DNA of 64,000 bases from Chitinophagales bacterium (GTDB taxonomy: Bacteria > Bacteroidota > Bacteroidia > Chitinophagales > UBA8649): NCBI GenBank assembly GCA_020635995.1, contig JACJYS010000009.1, forward strand, positions 3,738 through 67,737, written 5' to 3'. The translations under genes and the position numbers were made by a program. Below are positions 47,198-55,497 of this stretch, piece after piece. Below the pieces are notes generated by a model that saw only the letters and a program-made list of their open reading frames with translations, did not search any database and was not told the DNA's origin. How positions within the stretch are numbered: position 1 is the first letter of the stretch; each line of letters starts with the position of its first letter.

Positions 47198-48094
47198 ATG
47201 AAAAAAGTATTAGTAATTTATTATACTCAAAGTGGTCAGCTTAAAGAAATAATAGATAATGTTACTAAACCACTATTAGATAACAGTATTGACCTTACTT
47301 TTTTTAAAATTGAAATGGAAAAACCTTTTCCATTTCCGTGGACGAGCAAAAGCTTTTTTAATGCCTTCCCAAAAACTTTTTTGCAGATACCACAAAAAAT
47401 TAAACCTATTCCCAATGAAATACTAAATCAAGATTATGATTTAATTATTTTGGCTTACCAAGTTTGGTATTTAACACCTTCTATTCCAATAAATTCTCTT
47501 CTTAAAAACGAAGAAGCCAAGCAATTATTTAATGGGAAAAAAGTACTAACGCTTTCGGGAAGTAGAAATATGTGGGCAAGAGCTCAAGAAAAAATTCATG
47601 CCATTTTATCGGATTATAAAGCAGAAATAGTAGGCAATATAGCTTTAACAGATAGAAATATTAATCATGTTAGCGTTTTAACTATTTTGCATTGGATGTT
47701 TACAGGAGAGAAAACTCGCTATCTTGGTTTTTTTCCAAAGCCGGGAGTACAACAAGACGATATAGACACTTCGGTAAAATTTGGAGATATTATACTTCCA
47801 TATATCCAAAAATCGGACTACCAAAATATGCAGAAAGAACTTACCAAAGCAGGTGCTGTTAATATTAACCATTTCTTAATCTTTACAGATGTTAGAGCCA
47901 ATAAATTGTTCAGTTTATGGGCTAACTGGATTTATGGAAATCCTAAAAGACCATTTTTACTCCGTTTATTTTCCATATATTTGTGGATTGGAATTTGGGT
48001 GTTAATGCCTATCGCTTTTTTGCTTTATGCACTAACATACCCACTATTTTTTTTGAAGAGAAAGAAAGAGTTAAACTACTACCAATCCATATAA
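47198..48094 (+). CDS. darA: Dialkylresorcinol condensing enzyme DarA-like protein
   Basis: Flavodoxin-like N-terminus MKKVLVIYYTQSGQL, about 300 aa, a C-terminal hydrophobic segment, and a DarB-type KAS III immediately downstream. Confidence 0.7.
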   Translation: MKKVLVIYYTQSGQLKEIIDNVTKPLLDNSIDLTFFKIEMEKPFPFPWTSKSFFNAFPKTFLQIPQKIKPIPNEILNQDYDLIILAYQVWYLTPSIPINSLLKNEEAKQLFNGKKVLTLSGSRNMWARAQEKIHAILSDYKAEIVGNIALTDRNINHVSVLTILHWMFTGEKTRYLGFFPKPGVQQDDIDTSVKFGDIILPYIQKSDYQNMQKELTKAGAVNINHFLIFTDVRANKLFSLWANWIYGNPKRPFLLRLFSIYLWIGIWVLMPIAFLLYALTYPLFFLKRKKELNYYQSI

Positions 48095-48095
48095 G

Positions 48096-49232
48096 ATGAA
48101 CAAAGTTTACATAGTAAAAAGTAGTAAATTTTTGCCTAATGAGCCTGTTAGTAATGATGAAATGGAAAGTTATTTGGGTAAAATTAATGATACAAATTCA
48201 AGAGCCAGAGCTGTTGTTTTGCGTAATAATGGTATTAAAACAAGATACTATGCTTTAGATAAAAATGGAAATCAAACCCATACAAATGCCCAATTAACCG
48301 CTGAAGCGATAAAATTGTTATTTGAACAGAATTTTACAGATAAAGATTTGGAGCTACTTTCTTGTGGCACTACAACTCCCGATGTGCTTTTACCTTCTCA
48401 TGCAGCCATGGTGCATGGTTTATTAAAAAATAGGTCGGTAGAGTTAAACTCTTCAGCAGGGATATGCAATGCCGGTATGAATGCTTTAAAATATGGCTAT
48501 ATGTCTATTATGTGTGGCAATACTACTAATGCCGTTTGCACAGGCTCCGAACGTTTATCTCCGTGGATGCTGTCAAGCAAATTTGAAGGAGAAGTAGCAA
48601 GTTTAAAATCCTTAAAAGAAGAACCCATTATTGCCTTTAAAAAAGAATTTTTACGCTGGATGTTGTCAGACGGAGCAGGAGCAGTTTTGTTAAAAAATAA
48701 GCCTAATACAGAAGGTGTTTCTTTAGAAATAAAATGGATAGATTATTACTCTTATGCTTTTGAATTAGAAACCTGTATGTATGCCGGTGGCGATAAAATG
48801 GAGAATGGAGAAATAAAATCTTGGTTAGATTATGAGCCAAAAGATATGAGAAACAAATCTTTAATGTCTTTTAAGCAAGATATAAAACTTTTAGATGAAT
48901 ATATTTTGAGCAAAGGCATAGAAAGTTTGGAGCAAACTGTGGCTAAACGCAATTTTAAAGTTGATGAAATAGATTATTTTCTGCCTCATGTTTCTTCCAA
49001 CTTTTTTGTAGAAGGTTTGTACAACTCATTAAAAGATGCCGGATATGAAATTCCTAAAGAAAAATGGTTTATGAATTTGAGCAAAGTGGGCAATGTAGGA
49101 GCAGCATCTATTTATTTAATGATAGAAGAATTAATGAATTTGGGGCAACTTAAAAAGGGACAAAAAATAATGCTTTCAGTGCCTGAAAGTGGTCGTTTTT
49201 CATATACCATAGCTTTATTAGAAGTAGTGTAA
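48096..49232 (+). CDS. darB: DarB-like beta-ketoacyl-ACP synthase III
   Basis: Thiolase-fold/KAS III pattern (SAGICNAGMNALKY, C-terminal GNVGAASIY), 378 aa. Confidence 0.75.
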   Translation: MNKVYIVKSSKFLPNEPVSNDEMESYLGKINDTNSRARAVVLRNNGIKTRYYALDKNGNQTHTNAQLTAEAIKLLFEQNFTDKDLELLSCGTTTPDVLLPSHAAMVHGLLKNRSVELNSSAGICNAGMNALKYGYMSIMCGNTTNAVCTGSERLSPWMLSSKFEGEVASLKSLKEEPIIAFKKEFLRWMLSDGAGAVLLKNKPNTEGVSLEIKWIDYYSYAFELETCMYAGGDKMENGEIKSWLDYEPKDMRNKSLMSFKQDIKLLDEYILSKGIESLEQTVAKRNFKVDEIDYFLPHVSSNFFVEGLYNSLKDAGYEIPKEKWFMNLSKVGNVGAASIYLMIEELMNLGQLKKGQKIMLSVPESGRFSYTIALLEVV

Positions 49233-49696
49233 TGCCTATAAATCCTAAAGATATAATCATCAGCAAGTTTTTGCCACATAAGCCACCTATGCTTATGGTA
49301 GATAGATTATTAGAACTAAGCCACCAGCATGTTAAAACGGAATATCTTATTGCAGAACCCAATTGTTTAATTGAAAACAAAGTTTTAACAGAGTTTGGTT
49401 TAATAGAACACGCTGCTCAAACTTGCTCTTCTGTAGTGGGGCAATCATTTTTTATAGACGAAAAAGGCGAAGAAATTAATTATGAAAGGACAGTAATAGG
49501 CTTTATTAATTCTATTAAAAATTTAACTTTGTACAGTTTGCCTCAGGTAAATCAAACTTTAGTTTCTACGGCAAACCTTGTTTCTAAGGTAGAAACCGAT
49601 AGTTTTGTAATTTGCACTATGAAAAGTGAAACATTTTGTAATGAAAAATTGTTGTTAGAAGCAGATTTTAATTTAATAATTACTGAAAGACCATGA
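49232..49696 (+). CDS. Hotdog-fold dehydratase (FabZ/ApeI-like)
   Basis: LPHKPPMLMVDRLLE is the hallmark of the pigment-cluster FabZ-like dehydratases. Confidence 0.7.
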   Translation: MPINPKDIIISKFLPHKPPMLMVDRLLELSHQHVKTEYLIAEPNCLIENKVLTEFGLIEHAAQTCSSVVGQSFFIDEKGEEINYERTVIGFINSIKNLTLYSLPQVNQTLVSTANLVSKVETDSFVICTMKSETFCNEKLLLEADFNLIITERP

Positions 49697-50088
49697 AAAA
49701 TAAGGAAATACCGCAAGATGGGGGTTTTTTAGAAAAAGTGAACATAAAAGAATTGTATTATGCTGTAGATGATGAAGGTAAATATACTACAGGCATCAGT
49801 ACAGGCTGGAGCGTTAAAACAGAAGCGCTAAACGAATGCCTTGAATTTGGCGAAGATAGAATTGCAGCAGCAAAAGAATTAGTAATTAAGGGCAGCAAAA
49901 GTCCTATAGTATATTATATGGAAAAATCAAGAATGGACTGGGCTACTTTAGCCGATTATGTAGGTATAAATTCTGTTATTGTTCGCTTGCATCAATATCC
50001 TTTTATTTTTAATAAACTATCACAAAACACATTGGTGAAATACGCAAAAGCTTTTAACATTTCATTGCAAGAATTAAAAAGTATATAA
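49693..50088 (+). CDS. Hypothetical protein with a C-terminal HTH-like segment
   Basis: 131 aa. WATLADYVGINSVIV...LVKYAKAFNISLQELK resembles an XRE-type helix-turn-helix. A 4-nt overlap with the upstream gene. Confidence 0.5.
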   Translation: MKNKEIPQDGGFLEKVNIKELYYAVDDEGKYTTGISTGWSVKTEALNECLEFGEDRIAAAKELVIKGSKSPIVYYMEKSRMDWATLADYVGINSVIVRLHQYPFIFNKLSQNTLVKYAKAFNISLQELKSI

Positions 50089-51095
50089 TGTCAAAAAAGT
50101 TTGAGCATCATCAATCAGCACACTGCGAAAATGGCGTAGCCTCTAATTTATTGGCATTTAATGACTTACATTTAAGCGAACCTATGATTTTTGGTATCGG
50201 TTCGGGAATTTTGTTTTTTTATATGCCTTTACTTAGGGTCTATCATGCTCCGGGCTTTAGTTTCAGACCTACACCGGGAGCTATTTTTAATAGAGTGGCT
50301 AATAAGTTAGGGATAAAAATTAAGCGTCAAAAATTTAAAAATCCTCAAAAAGCACAAGAAGCTTTAGACCAAAATTTGGCTAAAAATATTCCCACAGGTT
50401 TACAAATAGGCGTTTATAATTTAAGTTATTTTCCTGATGAATACCGTTTTCATTTTAATGCACATAATATTGTAGTTTTTGGCAAAGAAGGCGATAGATA
50501 TTTAATAAGCGACCCCGTAATGTTGCAGACCACCAGTTTATCTGTAGCAGAATTAGAAAAAGTGAGATTTTCAAAAGGAATATTAGCACCTCACGGGCAC
50601 ATGTATTATCCCACCTATGTTCCTAAAAATATAGATTTAGAAAAAGCCATAATAAAAGGTATTAAATTAACTTGCTTTACTATGTTGGCACCTTTGTCTT
50701 TTGTGGGAGTAAAAGCAATAAGACGAGTGGCTAAAAATATAGTGATTTGGCATAAAAAGAAAGGAGCAAAAATTACCAATCATTATTTGGCACAACTGGT
50801 AAGAATGCAAGAGGAAATAGGTACAGGCGGTGGCGGATTTAGATATGTTTATGCTGCGTTTTTGCAAGAAGCTTCCGACATATTGAAGAATAAAGAGCTT
50901 TTTGAAATGTCTAAAGAAATGACGGCAATAGGCGATTTATGGCGAGATTTCGCAGTAGAAATAGCAAGAGTTTATAAAAATAGGTCAAACACCAGCAATG
51001 TGTATCAAGTACTTTCCGATAAAATGATGCATATTTATGAGAGAGAAAATGCTTTTTTTAGAAAGCTGAAAAGGGTAATTAAAAAAAATGGATAA
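50088..51095 (+). CDS. BtrH N-terminal domain-like (DUF4872) protein
   Basis: HHQSAHCENGVASNLL...SEPMIFGIGSG fits the papain-like BtrH N-domain pattern. Confidence 0.6.
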   Translation: MSKKFEHHQSAHCENGVASNLLAFNDLHLSEPMIFGIGSGILFFYMPLLRVYHAPGFSFRPTPGAIFNRVANKLGIKIKRQKFKNPQKAQEALDQNLAKNIPTGLQIGVYNLSYFPDEYRFHFNAHNIVVFGKEGDRYLISDPVMLQTTSLSVAELEKVRFSKGILAPHGHMYYPTYVPKNIDLEKAIIKGIKLTCFTMLAPLSFVGVKAIRRVAKNIVIWHKKKGAKITNHYLAQLVRMQEEIGTGGGGFRYVYAAFLQEASDILKNKELFEMSKEMTAIGDLWRDFAVEIARVYKNRSNTSNVYQVLSDKMMHIYERENAFFRKLKRVIKKNG

Positions 51096-51840
51096 GGCAA
51101 TAATCCAAATTAACAGTTTGTACAAAAAGTATAAAAGTGCAGATGATTTTGCTCTTAAAGATTTTTCATTATTAGTAAATAAAGGAGAAAAATTAGGTTT
51201 AATAGGACCAAACGGAGCAGGAAAAACAACACTGCTTTCTATTCTTTTTGGGTTGATAAAAGCTACTTCCGGGAGTTTTTCAATTAATAATTTAAGCTAT
51301 ACAAATCATAAAAAAAGTATAAAATCTATAATTGGAGTAGTGCCACAGGAGTACGCTTTGTATCCCGAACTTACAGCTTATGAAAATTTATTGTTTTTTG
51401 GTAGTATGTATGGCTTAAAAGGCAATGAATTGCGAGAAAAAATAAACAAATATTTAAAGTATTTAGAAATAGATTATGCTGCTCATAAATTAATAAACAC
51501 TTTTTCCGGAGGCATGAAAAGACGAATTAATTTAATAGCCGGAGTGTTGCACAATCCTAAAATATTGTTTTTAGACGAGCCAACAGTAGGTGTGGATGTT
51601 CATTCTAAACAGTTGATTATTAAATTCTTAAATGAATTAAACCTAAATGATACAACTATAGTTTATACTTCTCATCATTTATTAGAAGCACAAGAATTTT
51701 GTAATAGAATAGCTTTTATCAACCAAGGTCAGCTGTTAGCTGTAGATACACCTAAAAATCTTATAGCTTTAACGGATAATGCCCAAAATATGGAAGATGT
51801 TTTTATTTCTTTAAGTACAAAGCAGGTAGCCAATGCATAA
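51088..51840 (+). CDS. ABC transporter ATP-binding protein
   Basis: GPNGAGKTT, FSGGMKRR and ILFLDEPT motifs. Confidence 0.9.
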   Translation: MDKAIIQINSLYKKYKSADDFALKDFSLLVNKGEKLGLIGPNGAGKTTLLSILFGLIKATSGSFSINNLSYTNHKKSIKSIIGVVPQEYALYPELTAYENLLFFGSMYGLKGNELREKINKYLKYLEIDYAAHKLINTFSGGMKRRINLIAGVLHNPKILFLDEPTVGVDVHSKQLIIKFLNELNLNDTTIVYTSHHLLEAQEFCNRIAFINQGQLLAVDTPKNLIALTDNAQNMEDVFISLSTKQVANA

Positions 51841-53107
51841 GCTTTTAATGAGCATATATAAAGAGTTTTTGCTACTTAAAAGAGATTTTGGTGGGTTAAT
51901 TATTTTGTTTGTTATGCCATTAATTTTGGTAATAACCATAACCCTAATACAAGACAGTACATTTAAGCAAAAAGAAGATAAAAAGATAAGTGTTTTAATG
52001 GTAGATTTAGATAAAAGTACTTTATCTAAAAGAATAATACAAAACATAAAAGAGGATAAAGCATTTGAAATAATAGATACTCTAAATCAAAAAAATATTA
52101 CTGAAAAAGAGGCTAAAAATTTAGTATATAAGGGAAAATATCCTTTGGCAATAGTAATTCCTAAAGATGTTTCTAATGATTTGCAACGCAAAGTAAATCA
52201 GAATGTTATGAGTATAATGAGTAAAATGGGAATGTATGAAAAAAATGAATTAGACACTACAGTAATTATTTCTAAAGAGATAAAAATTTATTTTGATCCG
52301 GCTACTAAAAATGCATTAAAAAGTGGTTTGATTAATGCTATTGACATGATGATTTCTAAAATAGAAAAACAAGAAATTTACACATCAATACAAAATGAGT
52401 TGGGGGAGAAGGACATACAAAATTTTGGCGAAGATGATTTTATTAGATTTAAAGAAGTTAGTTTTGAAAATGAACTACAAATAGCTCCCAATGCCGTGCA
52501 GCACAACGTACCGGCTTGGACACTTTTTGCTATATTTTTTATAGTTATTCCTTTGTCTATTAATATTGTAAAAGAGAAAAAACAAGGCACAAAAGTGCGG
52601 TTGTTTACCAGTCCTGTTTCTTATTTTGTTATTATTATGGGCAAAACCATTACATATTTGATAATATGTTTATTGCAGTTTTTTATTATGATATTGGTAG
52701 GTAAATATTTTTTCCCTTATATAGGTTTATACGCTTTAAATGTAGAGGGAAAAATGGGATTAATGACTTTAATTGCTCTTTTTGCAGGTTTGGCGGCAGT
52801 GGGATATAGTGTGCTGGTAGGTACTATTTTTAGAACGCAAGAGCAATCTGCACCATTTGGGGCAACTTCAGTTATTATTTTGGCGGCTATAGGCGGTATA
52901 TGGATGCCTATATTTATGATGCCAAAGTTTATGCAGTTTTTTGCACGCCTATCGCCTATGCATTGGGGCATAGAAGCTTTTTATAATGTGCTTTTAAGAA
53001 ATGGAAATTTAGTTGCTATTTTACCTCAATTATTGTATTTCTTTATCTTTTTTGTAGCCACTGTGGGTACATCTATACTTGTAGATAAATATAAAAGAAG
53101 TATGTAA
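51833..53107 (+). CDS. ABC-2 type permease
   Basis: N-terminal TM segment, a large extracytoplasmic loop and a C-terminal ABC-2 membrane domain. An 8-nt overlap with the ATPase gene. Confidence 0.85.
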   Translation: MHKLLMSIYKEFLLLKRDFGGLIILFVMPLILVITITLIQDSTFKQKEDKKISVLMVDLDKSTLSKRIIQNIKEDKAFEIIDTLNQKNITEKEAKNLVYKGKYPLAIVIPKDVSNDLQRKVNQNVMSIMSKMGMYEKNELDTTVIISKEIKIYFDPATKNALKSGLINAIDMMISKIEKQEIYTSIQNELGEKDIQNFGEDDFIRFKEVSFENELQIAPNAVQHNVPAWTLFAIFFIVIPLSINIVKEKKQGTKVRLFTSPVSYFVIIMGKTITYLIICLLQFFIMILVGKYFFPYIGLYALNVEGKMGLMTLIALFAGLAAVGYSVLVGTIFRTQEQSAPFGATSVIILAAIGGIWMPIFMMPKFMQFFARLSPMHWGIEAFYNVLLRNGNLVAILPQLLYFFIFFVATVGTSILVDKYKRSM

Positions 53108-53212
53108 GTTTTCGCTGAACGCTTATACAATGCTCTGCTGGCTTTTTTCAATTTGATCAGTTAGTACGGGGGAAACCTTACTCTTTTGCAAGTTTTGGCT
53201 GGTGTGTTGGCT

Positions 53213-53416
53213 TTAGCGTTGGCTTTTATTTTCATTTATTAATAATTTTAACTCCTCTTTACTCGGTAAAACCGTTTGATATTTACTTGCAAAAATTTGT
53301 TCATTGTTTTCAGGTAATGTAAATTCTACTACTGATTCGCTTTTGTCTTTGCACAATACTATTCCGATGGTTTTGTTTTCATCTTCCAATCGGACTTCAC
53401 GGTCATAGTAGTTTAC
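53213..53416 (-). pseudogene. PD-(D/E)XK nuclease (DUF1016/YhcG-like) gene, 3' fragment
   Basis: VNYYDREVRLEDENKTIGIVLCKDKSESVVEFTL... continues the frame of 55232-55494. It is interrupted at 53416/53417 by an IS. Confidence 0.75.
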
Positions 53417-54642
53417 GGAGTAATGGACAAAAATTAGGCTATTTTTCGGACGTGAAGTTCTAATGGACATTTTTTAGGCTCTATTTTTTATGGTTTTTAG
53501 GATTGTCAAATTTAATTTTCCAAATTTGTGTTGTCTATATAAACGGAAGCGAGCTCTGCTGGAGAGCAACTCGTTAGGGATAATGTAGATGCTCGATAAA
53601 AATATCGGTACTATGGACTGCTAAAATTAGGAGTCCATAGCTATTTTTGGAGAGCTTTATGCCTTTAAAAACTCATCTATAAATTTAATTTTTCTTTTTT
53701 TAGATAATCCATTGTGGTTTCTTAGTTTATTCTTTAAGTCTGCAAAATGACCATCAATAGCATTGGTAGTGTTTGGAATATTAAGTTCTATATAATCGTA
53801 CCAAGTAAATAACCAAGGTAAATTATTTTTTAAACTTCTATATGCACTTCGTAATTTTTTATGTGTATAAAAGGATTTATTTGTAACGGGGTTAATCGTT
53901 CTTTCATTGAGAAAGTCTTCCCATTTATTAAACCATAAATCTAAAGCTCCTGTAAAAGATTCTTTATCTGTTTGCTTCATTAAATTGACAACTTCCATTA
54001 GTTCTTTAGATGCTATAAGTTTGGGGTTCTTGGTTAAATATCTTCGTATAATTGCAGATTGATGAAATTGACACATTTGAACAGGAACATCAAATGATTG
54101 GATTAAACCTTTTCTTCCATCACAAACAATACCATTAATCTTAAACCCCAAAGATTTTAATTCATTGATTCCCTTGATATATAAAGCATTTGTTTCTGTT
54201 CTGACATAGTACTTCAATAAATTCTCTTTTGTTAGACTATCCTTAAACAACATAACGCCAAAGTTCCTTCCCCAATAGGTTGTATCCATAAGAACAACTA
54301 CTTCTCTTGGAACTTTTGATTTTAATTCAACTAAAATAGAATCCAATCTTCTTTGAATGGTTTTTACTGAACATGTATATCTAATAGCAAGTTGAGAATA
54401 GGTTTGTTTTCCATATAAGTATTCATCCCAAAGAATCTTATTGTCAATCCTATTACCTCCTAAAAATTGTTTCCCACAATAAGAGCATTTATACAATTGA
54501 ACACCTTTAACTTTTCCATTTTTCTTGGTAAATCCTTTACCACAGCTTAAGCACTTTTTTTATTCATAATCTTTGATTGCCCTCAAAGCTAATAATTATA
54601 ACTGTTACAGCGATTCCTATCCTAAAAAATGTCCATTAAGCC
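53417..54642 (-). mobile_element. 1226-bp insertion sequence (zinc-ribbon plus DDE transposase; IS1/IS1595/IS256-like, family not resolved)
   Basis: Ends GGAGTAATGGACA and TGTCCATTAAGCC are inverted (11/13). An 8-bp target duplication TAGTTTAC lies at 53409-53416 and 54643-54650. A second tandem copy of the end motif starts at 53461. Confidence 0.8.
53657..54496 (-). CDS. DDE transposase of the IS; the N-terminal zinc-ribbon codons (to 54570) are out of frame
   Basis: MDTTYWG, CDGRKG, QMCQFHQ and TNAIDGHFADLK motifs. Upstream, CLSCGKGFTKKNGKVKGVQL is readable in the same frame, but the ATG at 54570 is offset by one base across an A7 tract. Confidence 0.75.
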   Translation of the reverse strand: MYKCSYCGKQFLGGNRIDNKILWDEYLYGKQTYSQLAIRYTCSVKTIQRRLDSILVELKSKVPREVVVLMDTTYWGRNFGVMLFKDSLTKENLLKYYVRTETNALYIKGINELKSLGFKINGIVCDGRKGLIQSFDVPVQMCQFHQSAIIRRYLTKNPKLIASKELMEVVNLMKQTDKESFTGALDLWFNKWEDFLNERTINPVTNKSFYTHKKLRSAYRSLKNNLPWLFTWYDYIELNIPNTTNAIDGHFADLKNKLRNHNGLSKKRKIKFIDEFLKA

Positions 54643-54664
54643 TAGTTTACATACATCTGCATCT

Positions 54665-55231
54665 CCTGTTTTGTGCACCATAACGACACTCTAAAATTGT
54701 ACTATTGATTATCAATGAGTTATGATTTTAAAGTTGCAAATTTGGGTGACCCGTCTTAATTTTCAGCTATGTTTGTTCGTAAAAAGAAAAATAAAAGCGG
54801 AAGTGTAAGTATTCAAATTTTAATGAAAGAAGGCAGGAAAAACAGATTACTTAAAACCATAGAATGTGTTAAAACGAAACGAGAAGAAGTTATTGGCTAA
54901 CAGTTAGATAGAACGTATCTCAGGCAAAGGATTCCTCTTTGAAAAATATGACGATATGGTGGTAGACAGCTTTGTAAATAGTATCGCAAACGACCATCTT
55001 CAAGTTATTGGAACTGAACTTGTTTTAGGGAAAATATATCAACTTTTCAATTTTCCCAATGGTGGGTGCCCCGATTATTTTAGACATTTTTTTTATGCAG
55101 GTTGGTATATTATAGTAGTAAACTTAAGCCGATACTCCTCAAATCAAGACAAATCACTTAATCTAGCAGAAACTCAAAATTTACTTTTGAATATAGAAAT
55201 CTGATGTGGGTGCCCCATTGCACAAAACAGG
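54665..55231 (+). mobile_element. Internally deleted IS1634/IS4-like element (567 bp)
   Basis: Perfect 13-bp terminal inverted repeats CCTGTTTTGTGCA (54665-54677) and TGCACAAAACAGG (55219-55231). It is flanked by a 76-bp direct repeat of target sequence. Confidence 0.75.
54769..54900 (+). pseudogene. N-terminal 43-codon stub of an IS1634/IS4-type transposase
   Basis: MFVRKKKNKSGSVSIQILMKEGRKNRLLKTIECVKTKREEVIG then stop. ORF 54956-55204 carries further degraded frame. Confidence 0.6.
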
Positions 55232-55494
55232 AATACTATTCCGATGGTTTTGTTTTCATCTTCCAATCGGACTTCACGGTCATAGTAGTTTACATACATC
55301 TGCATCTGTCCGAGGTCTTGATGTTTGATTTCTCCGATTTTTAAGTCTATTAGTACAAAGCATTTCAAAATTCGGTTGTAAAAAAACAAATCAATTCTAA
55401 AATGCTTGTCATCAAAGGAAATTCGTTTTTGTAGGGCAACAAATGTAAATCCGTTGCCAAGTCGTGCCACGAATATAGATTGAAGAGCCAACAA
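55232..55494 (-). pseudogene. PD-(D/E)XK nuclease (DUF1016/YhcG-like) gene, middle fragment; the N-terminal about 190 codons are missing
   Basis: FVARLGNGFTFVALQKRISFDDKHFRIDLFFYNRILKCFVLIDLKIGEIKHQDLGQMQMYVNYYD carries the D...(I/V)DLK nuclease core. The frame abuts the stop of the 1038-aa gene. Confidence 0.75.
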
Positions 55495-55497
55495 ACA

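Noticed and set aside
53461-53479. The inner TAATGGACATTTTTTAGG (53461-53478, an 18/18 match to the right end) as the true left end of the IS.
   Set aside because: Only the outer copy, starting at 53417, is directly abutted by the 8-bp duplication TAGTTTAC that also flanks the right end. I interpret the inner copy as a tandem duplication of the terminal region. An intact reference copy is needed to be sure.
55455-55477. The DUF1016 coding sequence TTCGTGGCACGACTTGG (minus strand) resembles an arm of the R palindrome (TCGTGCCACGACTTGG).
   Set aside because: It is a single 16-nt near-match with a central mismatch inside a conserved protein motif (FVARLGNGF). This is most likely coincidence, and there is no flanking similarity.
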